DNA of 52,030 nucleotides from Pseudoxanthomonas sp. (GCA_036677285.1 JAKFDG010000067.1:1-52030); one strand, 5' to 3'; numbered from the stretch's first letter, positions 8,767 to 17,865 are shown. The notes: a model not told the origin generated them from the sequence alone. Numbers and translations: made by a program.

Positions 8767-9934
8767 CTGCTGGCTCTACCCGCGGCAGTTCATGATCATA
8801 TCGACGCACCATTGCATCGGTCAGGCCGCTCGCCTGCTTTTTGTCGCCCTTCGTGTCCGTGACGCCCCGGTGTTTCAGGCCGTGCAGGCCGAAGCGCTGC
8901 TCGGCCGTAATGACGCCGTCTCGCACCGCGTTGCGCATGAGGCGGCCCCAGCTCGTGTTCCAGCCTGAGCGGGTGAGCGGCTCGCCGTCTTCGCTGACCA
9001 GGAGTGGCCGCTGTTCCGCGCGGATCGGCACCTGGCGCTTCTTCGCGGTCCAGATCTCGTTCCTGTAGGCCTGCAGTTCGGCGATCGCCTGGGCAGTGGC
9101 GGTGCCCTTGCGTACCAGGTTGTCGCGGCTGCCCTTGCGGCGGTTGGTCTGGAGATCCTCCTCGAGGTCGTGGGCGTCGGTGAGGGTCAGCACCTCGATG
9201 CCGCGCAGGCGCGCCTGGTAGGCGAGCTCCATCCCCGCAGCTAAGTACCGGGGCAGCGCGCCACGCTCTCGGGGCTTAAGGCCACAGCACCGCCGCGCGT
9301 AGGCCTGGACCGCCCGGAAGACGGTGAGCTCAGGCATCCGGTGGTTGCGGACCTCCTTGACGCATCGCACCCCGCGGCAGGGGTTGGTCTTGCAGGCGTC
9401 ATGCTCGACGCCCCAGCCGAAGGCGCGGCGCAGGTAGCGCAGCCAGTGGTTAGCCTTGGTGGGGTAGCCGGGGGTGGCTTTGCCGCCCGGTGTCGTGGCG
9501 GGCTTGCCTTGGGCGATGGTGTCGACCAAGTGGCGGAACACAGGCGGCCCGAGGCGATCAACGACCAACTCGCCCAAGGTCCCGTGCTTGGCCGGGTAGG
9601 CTTTGATCGCGGCGGCGTAATCCTCATAGTGCGATCGTGTGGTGCTGGCCAGCTGCTTGAAGTCCAGGCTGGCGTGGAAGCGATCCAGCACGTAGGCGAT
9701 GCTGCCCTTGGTGGATCCGCCCTTGCGCGACTCGATGATGGCGTGGAGGTCGGAGAGCTTGGCGGTCGGCCCGGCGACCGTGGTTGCGGTGGCCTTGCCG
9801 CCGGCGTCGTCGCGCTCGAGGACGTACCAGCGGCCCGCACCGGTGCGATCCCAGTAGATCCCGGCCGGCAGCTTGAGCTGGTCTATGTGGGCGGGGATGG
9901 TTGGATTGTGCTTCCGGGGCCTTCCGCGTGGCAT
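8759..9934 (-). CDS. int: Tyrosine integrase
   Basis: Candidate catalytic R (ARLRGIE), K (RRKGSR), HGLKHR and C-terminal Y (RRYDH); near attL. Confidence 0.9.
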   Translation of the reverse strand: MPRGRPRKHNPTIPAHIDQLKLPAGIYWDRTGAGRWYVLERDDAGGKATATTVAGPTAKLSDLHAIIESRKGGSTKGSIAYVLDRFHASLDFKQLASTTRSHYEDYAAAIKAYPAKHGTLGELVVDRLGPPVFRHLVDTIAQGKPATTPGGKATPGYPTKANHWLRYLRRAFGWGVEHDACKTNPCRGVRCVKEVRNHRMPELTVFRAVQAYARRCCGLKPRERGALPRYLAAGMELAYQARLRGIEVLTLTDAHDLEEDLQTNRRKGSRDNLVRKGTATAQAIAELQAYRNEIWTAKKRQVPIRAEQRPLLVSEDGEPLTRSGWNTSWGRLMRNAVRDGVITAEQRFGLHGLKHRGVTDTKGDKKQASGLTDAMVRRYDHELPRVEPADD

Positions 9935-10161
9935 CAGAACACCTGGTCGGGCTGCAGCTTGTTTTCGTCGTTCGCGGCGCGCACGCCGATTACGGCATTG
10001 AGGGCATCAACGGTGCTCAGCAGGCCGCCCTTGCCGTCGTACGTGTATCGCAGGCCGATCTTACGCGCCCAGCGCTCCACGGTGGCCAGGGACGGTACCG
10101 GGCTGCCGTCGGGGCGGCAGAGCCGCTGCAGGTCCTCGTGCTGGAGGATCGGGCCGATCAT
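9934..10161 (-). CDS. Probable excisionase / recombination directionality factor
   Basis: 75-aa wHTH-like protein coupled immediately upstream of int. Confidence 0.6.
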   Translation of the reverse strand: MIGPILQHEDLQRLCRPDGSPVPSLATVERWARKIGLRYTYDGKGGLLSTVDALNAVIGVRAANDENKLQPDQVF

Positions 10162-11033
10162 CGCGCCTTAGCCAGCCTCTTTGCGCGATCGACCGCGTCC
10201 AACAGCATGGCTAGCGAGGCGCGAAATCCGTTCAACTCCGGCGCAGGGATCTTTGCCAGCGCCTTCTGGAAGTCCGACTGCTTGTAGTCCAGCATCCGCT
10301 CGACCTCCGCCGATACGCGGGCGAAGAAACGGGTCGTGGTGCCGTTGATCTCTTTGTTGCGGCGGTCCCGCAGGCCACCATTGGCGGCCGCGATCAGCTT
10401 GCGGATGCACTCCATGCGCTGGGCGGGGTTGGCCCGGATGGCCGTGCGGTAGATGCCGCGCTGCCTGGTGGGCGGCTGGCTGGCGATCAGCACGGCTTCG
10501 GGGAAGCGCAGCCGGGTCTTGTCCGGCGTGTCCGGGTGCATGAGCGCCTGCAGGTCGGCATCGAGCAATTGCAGGCCGAGGTACTGATACACCCAGCTCT
10601 CGGACTTGCCGACGGCTTCCACCAGGTCCTGCACCGCTTGTCCGCGGCTCTGGCCGGCTTCGATCGCAGCATCGACCTGGTACTGCAGCGCGTGCGAGAT
10701 CTCCATGTGCGTGTGGCCTTCGCGCATGAAATTGCTGGCCAGCGACATCAGGTGCTGGCTGGCGTGCCTGGTGAGATCTGAATTCTCGACATCGATGCGG
10801 ATCGTGGTGATGCCCGCAAGCTGGCAGGCACGCCAGCGCCGTTCGCCGTCGATGATCTCGAAGGGCGGTTGCGCGCCGGCACGGCGGGCGCGCACGGTGA
10901 TCGGTTGCCGCTGGCCGGTTTTCTTGATCGACGTGGCCAAGGCGCGCAGCGCGGATTCCTTGAAGTAGGTGCGCGGCTGCTTCGGGTCCGGGCGAACATC
11001 GGTGATCGGCACCGAGACCAGGGGCGAGCTCAC
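10158..11033 (-). CDS. ParB/Spo0J family CTPase-domain protein with HTH
   Basis: PDPKQPRTYF...LATSIKKTGQRQPITVR...IIDGERRWRA; HTH AVGKSESWVYQYL; GTG start at 11033. Confidence 0.88.
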   Translation of the reverse strand: MSSPLVSVPITDVRPDPKQPRTYFKESALRALATSIKKTGQRQPITVRARRAGAQPPFEIIDGERRWRACQLAGITTIRIDVENSDLTRHASQHLMSLASNFMREGHTHMEISHALQYQVDAAIEAGQSRGQAVQDLVEAVGKSESWVYQYLGLQLLDADLQALMHPDTPDKTRLRFPEAVLIASQPPTRQRGIYRTAIRANPAQRMECIRKLIAAANGGLRDRRNKEINGTTTRFFARVSAEVERMLDYKQSDFQKALAKIPAPELNGFRASLAMLLDAVDRAKRLAKAR

Positions 11034-11326
11034 TTCAGGCTCCCGGCGATTTGCTGGATCCGCTGCGGGCTCAGGTCGACACCCGCGCGGGCCGCAACGC
11101 TCCACAGCGGGCGGCGCTTGATCTGGCGCTCGTGGATGATGCGGGCGTCGCGCTTGGCGCGCTCGGCCTTGATGCGGTCTTCTGCGCGCAGGGCGTGCAG
11201 GGTGACCGGGCCCAGCGCCGCCAGCCGGTTGTAGCGGCTGCGCGCGCCGTCCTTGCCGATCCCCAGCCGCTCGGCGAGCCGGGGAAAGGTGGTGGGCTTG
11301 CCGTTGACGATCGGGTGGTTGCGCAC
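11030..11326 (-). CDS. Small basic HTH-like phage protein
   Basis: RBS AAGGAGG and GTG start; TFPRLAERLGIGKDGARSRY and WSVAARAGVDLSPQRIQQI. Confidence 0.65.
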   Translation of the reverse strand: MRNHPIVNGKPTTFPRLAERLGIGKDGARSRYNRLAALGPVTLHALRAEDRIKAERAKRDARIIHERQIKRRPLWSVAARAGVDLSPQRIQQIAGSLK

Positions 11327-11328
11327 GA

Positions 11329-13353
11329 TCAGCCCTCCTTGCGCTTCGTCTTCGGCGTGGCCTTCTTCGCCGCCGGCTTCTTGGCGGCTGGCTTCTTGCC
11401 TTTCGTCTTCGCGGCCTTGTTCGCGGGCTTGCGCTTGCCCTTGGCCGCGGCCGCCGGCGCGGTGGCGGCTTTGGCGGCATAGCCTGGCCCCCGCAGCGGC
11501 GCCGGCAGCCATCCGGTACCGGCCAGCAGCTTGGCGGCCTGGGCGACCAGGGCGTCCTTCTTGAGCCCGGTGAGGGTGGCGGCGGCATCCTTGCCCTTGG
11601 CTTCGGTGACAGCCTGCAGAGTGAGCGCGGCGGGGATCCGGGCGAGGAAGTTGTCGCAGCCGGGGTTCCAGTGGTCGGCCATGTTGAAACCGATGATGGC
11701 GTGCAGCTGGTCGATGCCCTTGTGGCCGTCGGTGCTCTCGGTGAGGCCGTCGAAGCGCGTGGCCAGGGCGTAGGCCAGCAGCTGCAGCAGGTCGGCCTGC
11801 GGTTGCTTGACGAGCCATGCGAGGCGGTCCTTGCGCGGGATCGGCTTGAAGCAGGCGGCGCCGGCGTTTTCCTCCGCGGCCAGCGCCTTGTGGATGTCCG
11901 GCGCGATGCCGTTGCGCGGGTCGCGGGCGCTGAGGGTGTTGAAGCGCAGCACGCCGGCGCTGCTGTGCTCGTGCTTGAGGTCGGAGATCAGCATGTCGAC
12001 CAGGAGCGCGAGCGCGAGGTGCGGATCCTTGCGGACGTGGTGGCGCGCGACTTCGCTGCGGTGGGCGGACAGGTTGAGCAGCACGGCGGCGCTGAGCTCG
12101 GGCTTCTTCGGCTTGGGCTTGCCGGCCTTGCCGGGTTGGGCCTGCGAGGCGCCCAGGTTGGGCGCCGCGGCGCCGGGGCGCTGGCCGGGCCGGAGGCGGG
12201 CGTAGGAGATGGTGAGCTCACCATCTGTATCGATGCCGATCACGACGCCGGACTGCTGCATGGCCTCGGCGGGCCAGCGCTGTTCCGCAACGGCTTCGAT
12301 CTGCTGTCCTTCGTCCTGCAGCGCCTCGAGTTCCTCATCCAGGGCGCGCTCTTGCTCGTTGCTCAGGTCGTCGGCGTCGATGTCGCCGATCGCCTGGATG
12401 CGTTCCTCGATGGCGTCCAGGCGCCGCCGCTGGTCTTCGGGCAGGACGCAGTCGTCCTCGGGCTCGGCGCCGGCGAGGTAGCCATACGTGGCGAGGAAGC
12501 CGGTGTGCAGCTCGGGGAAGGTGTCCACCCAGGACCAGCCGGCGTCACGCAGCTGCTGGGCGTGGGCTTCCATGCGGTCGAGCGCGAGCTTGTCGAGCAG
12601 GGCGCGGTCTTCGCACCAGGTGTCGCCGCTGAAGAGGTCGCGGCGGACGACGCCGCCGGCGGCCTCGTAGGCGTCCAGGCCGACATAGCGGGCGACCGGG
12701 TTGTTGGCGTTGATGCCGCCGTCGGCCATGCGGCGGCGGATGTGGTGGGCTTCGCGCTGCCATTCATGCAACTCGGGACCGCCCCAGGCGCGGCGCTGCG
12801 CGTCGTGGTCGTCGGTGGCGGCCAGGGCCTGCAGTTGCGACAGGTGCATGCGGCCTTCGCGGTAGATGGCGAAAAGGTCCGGGGCGACGTTGGCCAACTT
12901 GAGCCGCTGCTTGACGAACAGCTCGGTGACGCCGAAGTGCGCGGCGATGTCCTCGATCGGCTTCTTGGCGTCGACCATGGCCTTGAAGGCGTCGAACTGG
13001 TCGGCGGGGTGCATGTTCTCGCGCAGGGTGTTCTCGGCGGTGCTGGCCTCCAGTGCGATGTCGTCGTCGGCGATGATGCGCACCGGGATGGGGGCGTCCG
13101 CGGCCATGCGGCCGTCGCGCTGCAGCTGCTGCAGCGCCGCGAGGCGGCGGCCGCCGGCGACCACTTCGAACACATGCATGCTGCCGTCGGCCGGGTTGTC
13201 GTTGACGACCACGGTGAGGTTCTGCAGCAGGCCGTGCGCGGCGATCGAAGCGGCCAGCCCGTCGATGTCGGCGCCGCCGGTCTTGCGGGCATTGCGCGGC
13301 GACAGTGCGAGCTGGTGCAGCGGGACGCGGGTCATGTCGAGTTGGGTGTTCAT
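11329..13353 (-). CDS. Large ParB/RepB/Spo0J family protein (plasmid-type) with histone H1-like Lys/Ala tail
   Basis: LSPRNARK...LAASIAAHGLLQNLTV...VVAGGRRLAAL...AENTLRENMHPADQF; HTH; C-terminal KKPAAKKPAAKK. Confidence 0.88.
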   Translation of the reverse strand: MNTQLDMTRVPLHQLALSPRNARKTGGADIDGLAASIAAHGLLQNLTVVVNDNPADGSMHVFEVVAGGRRLAALQQLQRDGRMAADAPIPVRIIADDDIALEASTAENTLRENMHPADQFDAFKAMVDAKKPIEDIAAHFGVTELFVKQRLKLANVAPDLFAIYREGRMHLSQLQALAATDDHDAQRRAWGGPELHEWQREAHHIRRRMADGGINANNPVARYVGLDAYEAAGGVVRRDLFSGDTWCEDRALLDKLALDRMEAHAQQLRDAGWSWVDTFPELHTGFLATYGYLAGAEPEDDCVLPEDQRRRLDAIEERIQAIGDIDADDLSNEQERALDEELEALQDEGQQIEAVAEQRWPAEAMQQSGVVIGIDTDGELTISYARLRPGQRPGAAAPNLGASQAQPGKAGKPKPKKPELSAAVLLNLSAHRSEVARHHVRKDPHLALALLVDMLISDLKHEHSSAGVLRFNTLSARDPRNGIAPDIHKALAAEENAGAACFKPIPRKDRLAWLVKQPQADLLQLLAYALATRFDGLTESTDGHKGIDQLHAIIGFNMADHWNPGCDNFLARIPAALTLQAVTEAKGKDAAATLTGLKKDALVAQAAKLLAGTGWLPAPLRGPGYAAKAATAPAAAAKGKRKPANKAAKTKGKKPAAKKPAAKKATPKTKRKEG

Positions 13354-13571
13354 CACGCCACCTTCTGCAGGTTGGCGCGGGCGGCATCCAGCGAAAGCTG
13401 CAGCTGCGTGTTGCGGTCGCGCATGGCGTCGTAGTCGGCCTTCAGCTGCCGCCACTCGTAGGCGCGCTGGCGGTAAGCGTCGGCATTGACGTGGTTGTTC
13501 TGGGCGGCCTCGGCGTCGGCGAGGCTCTCGAGGAAGTCGGGGCCGTCGAGGCGGCCGGGCTGGTCTTGCAT
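13353..13571 (-). CDS. Hypothetical phage protein (coiled coil)
   Basis: RBS CAGGAG; coupled to the large ParB gene. Confidence 0.7.
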   Translation of the reverse strand: MQDQPGRLDGPDFLESLADAEAAQNNHVNADAYRQRAYEWRQLKADYDAMRDRNTQLQLSLDAARANLQKVA

Positions 13572-13584
13572 TGCGTTCTCCTGG

Positions 13585-14190
13585 TCAGGCGTTGGCGATC
13601 GCGGCGATGTCGGCGACGTCGTCGAGGTCGGTGTCGGGGTCGTTGTCGGCCACGGCCAGGCGCTGGCGCATGGTCTTGGCGTTGAGTTCGCGCACGGATT
13701 CGAACAGCGGGCTGCTGGACTCGCCGGGCTTGAGTTTCTGGATGCGGCCGCCGCGCTTGAGGAACTCGGCGACGGTTTCGCGCTCGCCAGCGGGGCGCAG
13801 TGCGCGGGCGCCGCCGCGGGTGATGACAAAGCGCTGGTTGTCCATCACCTGGCGCGGTGCCTTGGCAGCGGCGGGCGTTGCCGGCTTGGGCTTGCCCAGG
13901 CCGCGGGTGGCGCGGGGCCGCGGCTGCGTGGATTTGTTGCGCGGCTTGCCGCTGGCGTCGATCTTGCGGCCGTCGACCAGGGCTCGGGCGGTGGCGGTGT
14001 AGCGGTAGGCGCGCGGGGCTCCGGTGCGCTCGAGCTTGCCGCACTGGTGCAGCGCGCACAGCGTGGCGGCGATGCGTACCTGGTAGCGCGGGCTGGTGTC
14101 GCCGTCGGCCACGGCCGCGGCTACCTGCGGGAGCGTCACCGGCTTCTTGCTGGCGGCGACGAAGCGGAGGATGCGCTGGGTGCGGTTCAT
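13585..14190 (-). CDS. wHTH protein with SutA-like RNAP-binding motif
   Basis: N-terminal RTQRILRFVAASKKPVTLPQVAAAV; RETVAEFLKRGGRIQKL; acidic C-terminus. Confidence 0.6.
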   Translation of the reverse strand: MNRTQRILRFVAASKKPVTLPQVAAAVADGDTSPRYQVRIAATLCALHQCGKLERTGAPRAYRYTATARALVDGRKIDASGKPRNKSTQPRPRATRGLGKPKPATPAAAKAPRQVMDNQRFVITRGGARALRPAGERETVAEFLKRGGRIQKLKPGESSSPLFESVRELNAKTMRQRLAVADNDPDTDLDDVADIAAIANA

Positions 14191-15779
14191 CGACTGGTGC
14201 CCTCGATCGAGCCTTGCTGAGGGCAGTGGGCGTAAGCGCAGGGTTTGCCGTCGGTGAACTTGCAGCCTGGGTGCGGGCACTTCCCGAAAAGGGCCTTCAG
14301 GTGCGCGGCGCAGTGCTCGTATGTTCCGGCGCAGCAGCTGTAGCAACCGTCGCCGCGAAGGTCTCGCGCGTACTTGAGCCATTCCTGCGCAAGCTCATCG
14401 GCTTGCACCCGGTCATGCTGCGCGTTCGCAGACCGCCATGCGGCATAGGCTTCATCGTTGGTCTTGCCGCTGTGGCCGTTCGCCAGCGCCCATGCCTGCA
14501 ATTCCGTAAACGATGGCTGCACACGCGGCGCGGCTGGGGCTGCGTCGAGGGTGTCGGTCAACTCGTCAAGCGCCGCGAGGCGTCCAGCCATGAAGGCCGC
14601 CGCTTCTCCGTGGATGCCGGCCATGTGCAGATCGGCTTCTACGCCATCCGAAAAAATCTCAGCCTCGCGGACTTCGCGGATCGCAGCCTCCACCCCGCGC
14701 GCCTCGGGCTGGGTGGCGGCAAGGCAACGCGCAGCAGCGATGACATGTGCGTTGGCGTCAACATGCTCCGAAGCGCGGCAGTTCAGCGGCGCGGCGATTT
14801 GCTCGACCAGTTCAAGCCACATCTTCGCTACTGCCGGCGCGGCGGCTGGGAGCAGCTTGCGCTGCAACAGGTCGCGGTGGCAGAAGGTCAACTGATTGCG
14901 GCCTGCGTAGAAGTCGCACAGCGCCAGCGCCTTATCGACTGCGCGCTTGGAGTTTCGATCCTTGAGCGCCGAGCCGAGATAGTTCAGCGCTTCGCGTTCG
15001 TGCTGCTCCAAGTCGAGCGGAACAACGCCATCATCGCCACCCTGCGGCACGTCTTGTTCGGCAGCGGGTGCGACGATGGCATGCCAGCCCTCGTATCGCT
15101 CGATCAGGTCGGCCGCCGCCTCATCGGTCAGCACACTTAGCGGCGTGACCGCACCGGTCAGGCGAGACTTCGCCATGACCCATTCCTGACTCGGTGGCAT
15201 CCGATCCTCAAACCGGTGCCAGGTGACGGCGGCAGCCGGCGCTGGCTGGGCAAGAATGGCGGCCGCCGTGACGAACAGGCCAGATCCATAAGTCGGATGG
15301 AAGTGCGGAACGCAGCTTGCTTCGTCGACCACGTAACATCCGACCATCACCCCCGGCGGCGCGCTGCTGGCGGGCTGCTCGGTGGCGAGGCGATCTGCGA
15401 TAGATTCGAGAAACGCGATCTGCTGCGGCTCATAGTCGTCCACCAGCGCCGAATGACGGATGTCTGCGACGATGGCCTGCAACCCACCCTTCCCCGCAGG
15501 CGAGAGGGTGTGCGGGTTGCCATTGATGTCCACCGGGAACATTGATTCGATTCGCCGGTGCGTCTCTCGGTCGGACGCAATCGTCAGCCAGCGTCCATCG
15601 GCGAGGGCGATGCTGCCGGGGCGGTGTTCGTGCCCGCTGCACGATGCAACGGTGCGGACGCCGGCCTTGTTGAGCGCGACCACCAGGTCGGCAATCTCCG
15701 GGTCGCACCAAACGGTCGGCGTGCCGTCGGCGTCGCGCTCGATTACAACCATGCGGTCCTCGCGCGAAGGGGTGTTCAT
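14187..15779 (-). CDS. Mosaic hypothetical phage protein (~530 aa)
   Basis: Long ORF of lower GC; N-terminal DPEIADLVVALNKAGVRTVASCSGH; Cys-rich C-terminus. Confidence 0.7.
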   Translation of the reverse strand: MNTPSREDRMVVIERDADGTPTVWCDPEIADLVVALNKAGVRTVASCSGHEHRPGSIALADGRWLTIASDRETHRRIESMFPVDINGNPHTLSPAGKGGLQAIVADIRHSALVDDYEPQQIAFLESIADRLATEQPASSAPPGVMVGCYVVDEASCVPHFHPTYGSGLFVTAAAILAQPAPAAAVTWHRFEDRMPPSQEWVMAKSRLTGAVTPLSVLTDEAAADLIERYEGWHAIVAPAAEQDVPQGGDDGVVPLDLEQHEREALNYLGSALKDRNSKRAVDKALALCDFYAGRNQLTFCHRDLLQRKLLPAAAPAVAKMWLELVEQIAAPLNCRASEHVDANAHVIAAARCLAATQPEARGVEAAIREVREAEIFSDGVEADLHMAGIHGEAAAFMAGRLAALDELTDTLDAAPAAPRVQPSFTELQAWALANGHSGKTNDEAYAAWRSANAQHDRVQADELAQEWLKYARDLRGDGCYSCCAGTYEHCAAHLKALFGKCPHPGCKFTDGKPCAYAHCPQQGSIEGTSR

Positions 15780-16090
15780 GCCCGCACCGCCTTCGCCGGC
15801 CGCTGCGCTTCTTCCGCGGCGAGTTGTTCGGCCAGGGCGAGGCCTTCGGCGGTGAGCTCGGCGCGGTCGGGCCATGGGCGCTTGTCGAAGTCGACCAGGC
15901 CTTCGCGCTCGAGGCGGTTGATCAGGCGGCCGGTGAACACGCGGATGCGCTTGATCCCGCTGGTCGAAACGCGGGCCTGGTGGCCGATGTATCCGCCCGA
16001 GGTGCGGACCAGGCAGCGGGTGGGCGAGTGATGCGCGGCCTGCAGGGCGTCGCGCTCGAGCGGGGTGAGGAGGTCGGTGGTGTAGGGCAT
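15776..16090 (-). CDS. Hypothetical wHTH-like phage protein
   Basis: RLINRLEREGLVDF...AELTAEG; stop overlaps the next start. Confidence 0.7.
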   Translation of the reverse strand: MPYTTDLLTPLERDALQAAHHSPTRCLVRTSGGYIGHQARVSTSGIKRIRVFTGRLINRLEREGLVDFDKRPWPDRAELTAEGLALAEQLAAEEAQRPAKAVRA

Positions 16091-16104
16091 CGGAATCTCG
16101 GCGG

Positions 16105-16130
16105 AAAAAGAACCCGCCGTCGCCGGCGGG
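16105..16130 (-). terminator. Intrinsic terminator in the leftward early operon
   Basis: Minus strand CCCGCCG-GCGA-CGGCGGG-TTCTTTTT. Confidence 0.8.
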
Positions 16131-16150
16131 CGATCAAGGAAGGGGTGCGG

Positions 16151-16366
16151 TTAGGCGATGAGTTGCAGCTGCTGGCGCGTCGGCAGGTCGGCGACGTGGC
16201 CGTCGCGGCTGGCGGCGGACTGGGCGCAGTAGCGGTCGCGGTTTTCGAAGCGCAGCAGTTCGTCGTGCTGCAGTTCTTCGGGCGTGAGCGATGCCGGTTC
16301 GCCAGGCACGGTGCGCTTGGCCATGCGGCTGATCAGGTGCGGGTTGAAGATGTGCGCGGGCTTCAT
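16151..16366 (-). CDS. Hypothetical phage protein
   Basis: ATG at 16366 overlaps the upstream stop (ATGA). Confidence 0.6.
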   Translation of the reverse strand: MKPAHIFNPHLISRMAKRTVPGEPASLTPEELQHDELLRFENRDRYCAQSAASRDGHVADLPTRQQLQLIA

Positions 16367-16449
16367 GACAGCACCAGCTGCACGACGCGCGTCCAGATGG
16401 CGACGTCCATCCCGGCCAGGATCAGGGTGGCGAGCTGGCGGGCGGTCAT
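16363..16449 (-). CDS. 28-aa hydrophobic peptide
   Basis: MTARQLATLILAGMDVAIWTRVVQLVLS; ATGA-coupled at both ends. Confidence 0.5.
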   Translation of the reverse strand: MTARQLATLILAGMDVAIWTRVVQLVLS

Positions 16450-16649
16450 GCCGCACCGCCAGTCAGCGGCCGCGGTTGCGCCAGGCGGATGGCTTGCAGG
16501 TCCTGCGCGACGCGGTAGGGGTGGTGGCCGTCGTGGATGTCGCCGAGCACGCGGGCGACGATCGATTGGCGGGGCTCGCGGCTGCCCAGGCGCGCGGCCT
16601 GGTCCAGCGCGTTGCGGAAGGGGCGCAGCGGCACGACGGTGGCCATCAC
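16446..16649 (-). CDS. Hypothetical phage protein
   Basis: RBS GGAGG; coupled to its neighbours. Confidence 0.65.
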   Translation of the reverse strand: MMATVVPLRPFRNALDQAARLGSREPRQSIVARVLGDIHDGHHPYRVAQDLQAIRLAQPRPLTGGAA

Positions 16650-16921
16650 TGCGGCCTCCCGTGGCTGCGGGGGCCATCGCGGCGTTCACGCCTGCCCCAT
16701 CGCTCGGCGTCTGCCCTGGCTTGGCGGGCCGCGGCGGCGCGGGTCAGCTCGCTGTGTGTCTTGAGCCAGTCCGGGGTCTGGGCGGGTGTCGCGGGCTCGG
16801 CGGGGTCGCCGAACACCAGCAGGACGATCAGGCCGGCCAGGCCGATGAAGAGGGTGGCGCCCACGCCGGCCCAGAATTCGGGCACAGACGCGAGCCGCAG
16901 GATGATCGCGAGGAGTTCCAT
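16646..16921 (-). CDS. Membrane protein, first gene of the leftward early operon
   Basis: RBS GGAGG; TM segment FWAGVGATLFIGLAGLIVLLVF. Confidence 0.65.
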   Translation of the reverse strand: MELLAIILRLASVPEFWAGVGATLFIGLAGLIVLLVFGDPAEPATPAQTPDWLKTHSELTRAAAARQARADAERWGRRERRDGPRSHGRPQ

Positions 16922-17054
16922 CGGCGCCTCCAACGGGTGGAGGGCAGCCGCCGCAGCGTCCAGGGGTTGGAAACGCTGCGGCGGCGGATCCGCGTCAGGC
17001 CGAGGGGAGTGCGGCCGGGGCGGTGCCCTGCCGGCGGGATGCCGGGCAAGGCGG

Positions 17055-17100
17055 ATTTAGCCACGCGCTAAATCATCTTGTCAATAGCCAGCGGCTAAAT
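17055..17100 (-). promoter_or_regulatory. PL promoter with two repressor operators
   Basis: ATTTAGC-N5-GCTAAAT (17055-17073) and CAATAGC-N5-GCTAAAT (17082-17100); TTGACA on the minus strand at 17079-17084. Confidence 0.85.
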
Positions 17101-17101
17101 C

Positions 17102-17512
17102 TTAGGGTCGGGTGGCGCCAATGGCGATTCCACCGGCTGCCAGGATGGTTTCGTCGAGGTAAAAGCGCTGGCCGTTCCGGCAGTCGACGAAGACCTTGAT
17201 GTTGTCGCTTTTGCTCGTGTCGGACACCTCGACCAAGTCGACGTAATCGCATCTGCCGCTATCAAGCGTTCGGTGTGCGGCGGCCTCGCGGACCTGTTGG
17301 ATGCGATCGAAAGCATCCCCTAGCTTGGCGGCAGTTCCTGGGAGGTCGCTGCGGCTGTCCTTGCTGAAAACTCCGGGTGCAATACGAGACCGGGCTTCGG
17401 CCTGGCTCTTCGGTGCGATTGCTTCGGGCGCCGGCATCGTTGCTGTTGGTGCAGCGGCCTGCGGCGAACAGGCAGCAAGGGCAAGGGAGAACGTTGCGAG
17501 GATCAGCTTCAT
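17102..17512 (-). CDS. Lipoprotein in the immunity operon (candidate superinfection exclusion)
   Basis: MKLILATFSLALAAC lipobox; last gene of the cI operon. Confidence 0.7.
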   Translation of the reverse strand: MKLILATFSLALAACSPQAAAPTATMPAPEAIAPKSQAEARSRIAPGVFSKDSRSDLPGTAAKLGDAFDRIQQVREAAAHRTLDSGRCDYVDLVEVSDTSKSDNIKVFVDCRNGQRFYLDETILAAGGIAIGATRP

Positions 17513-17865
17513 GTTGCGGCCCCGGGTAGCAGTCTGGATGTATCCCGCACAAGGCCAGCGTCTTCGAATGCGATGCCTTCCACAGCGCATTCGCGCGCCC
17601 TTTCCATTGTGCTGAGGAGTGCGCTCAATTCGCTGTCCTCAAGCGTTTCAAGGGCCGGGCGGTTGAAGGTTGCCTGATCAACCAGCCATTGCAGGCCATA
17701 TGCCTTGCGCAAGTAGCGGATGCGCCGGATGCATGCGTCACGCGTGATCTCATCGAAGCGGAACCGCTCGATGCATTGGGGCCGCTTAGCTGGCCTGACG
17801 CCCTTCACCGTGCCGGCGATGACTTCCGCCAGCAGTTCGAGATCCACCTTCTTCCCCTGTTTCAT
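17509..17865 (-). CDS. Hypothetical protein co-transcribed with the repressor
   Basis: Overlaps the cI 3' end by 80 bp; stop overlaps the lipoprotein ATG. Confidence 0.7.
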   Translation of the reverse strand: MKQGKKVDLELLAEVIAGTVKGVRPAKRPQCIERFRFDEITRDACIRRIRYLRKAYGLQWLVDQATFNRPALETLEDSELSALLSTMERARECAVEGIAFEDAGLVRDTSRLLPGAAT

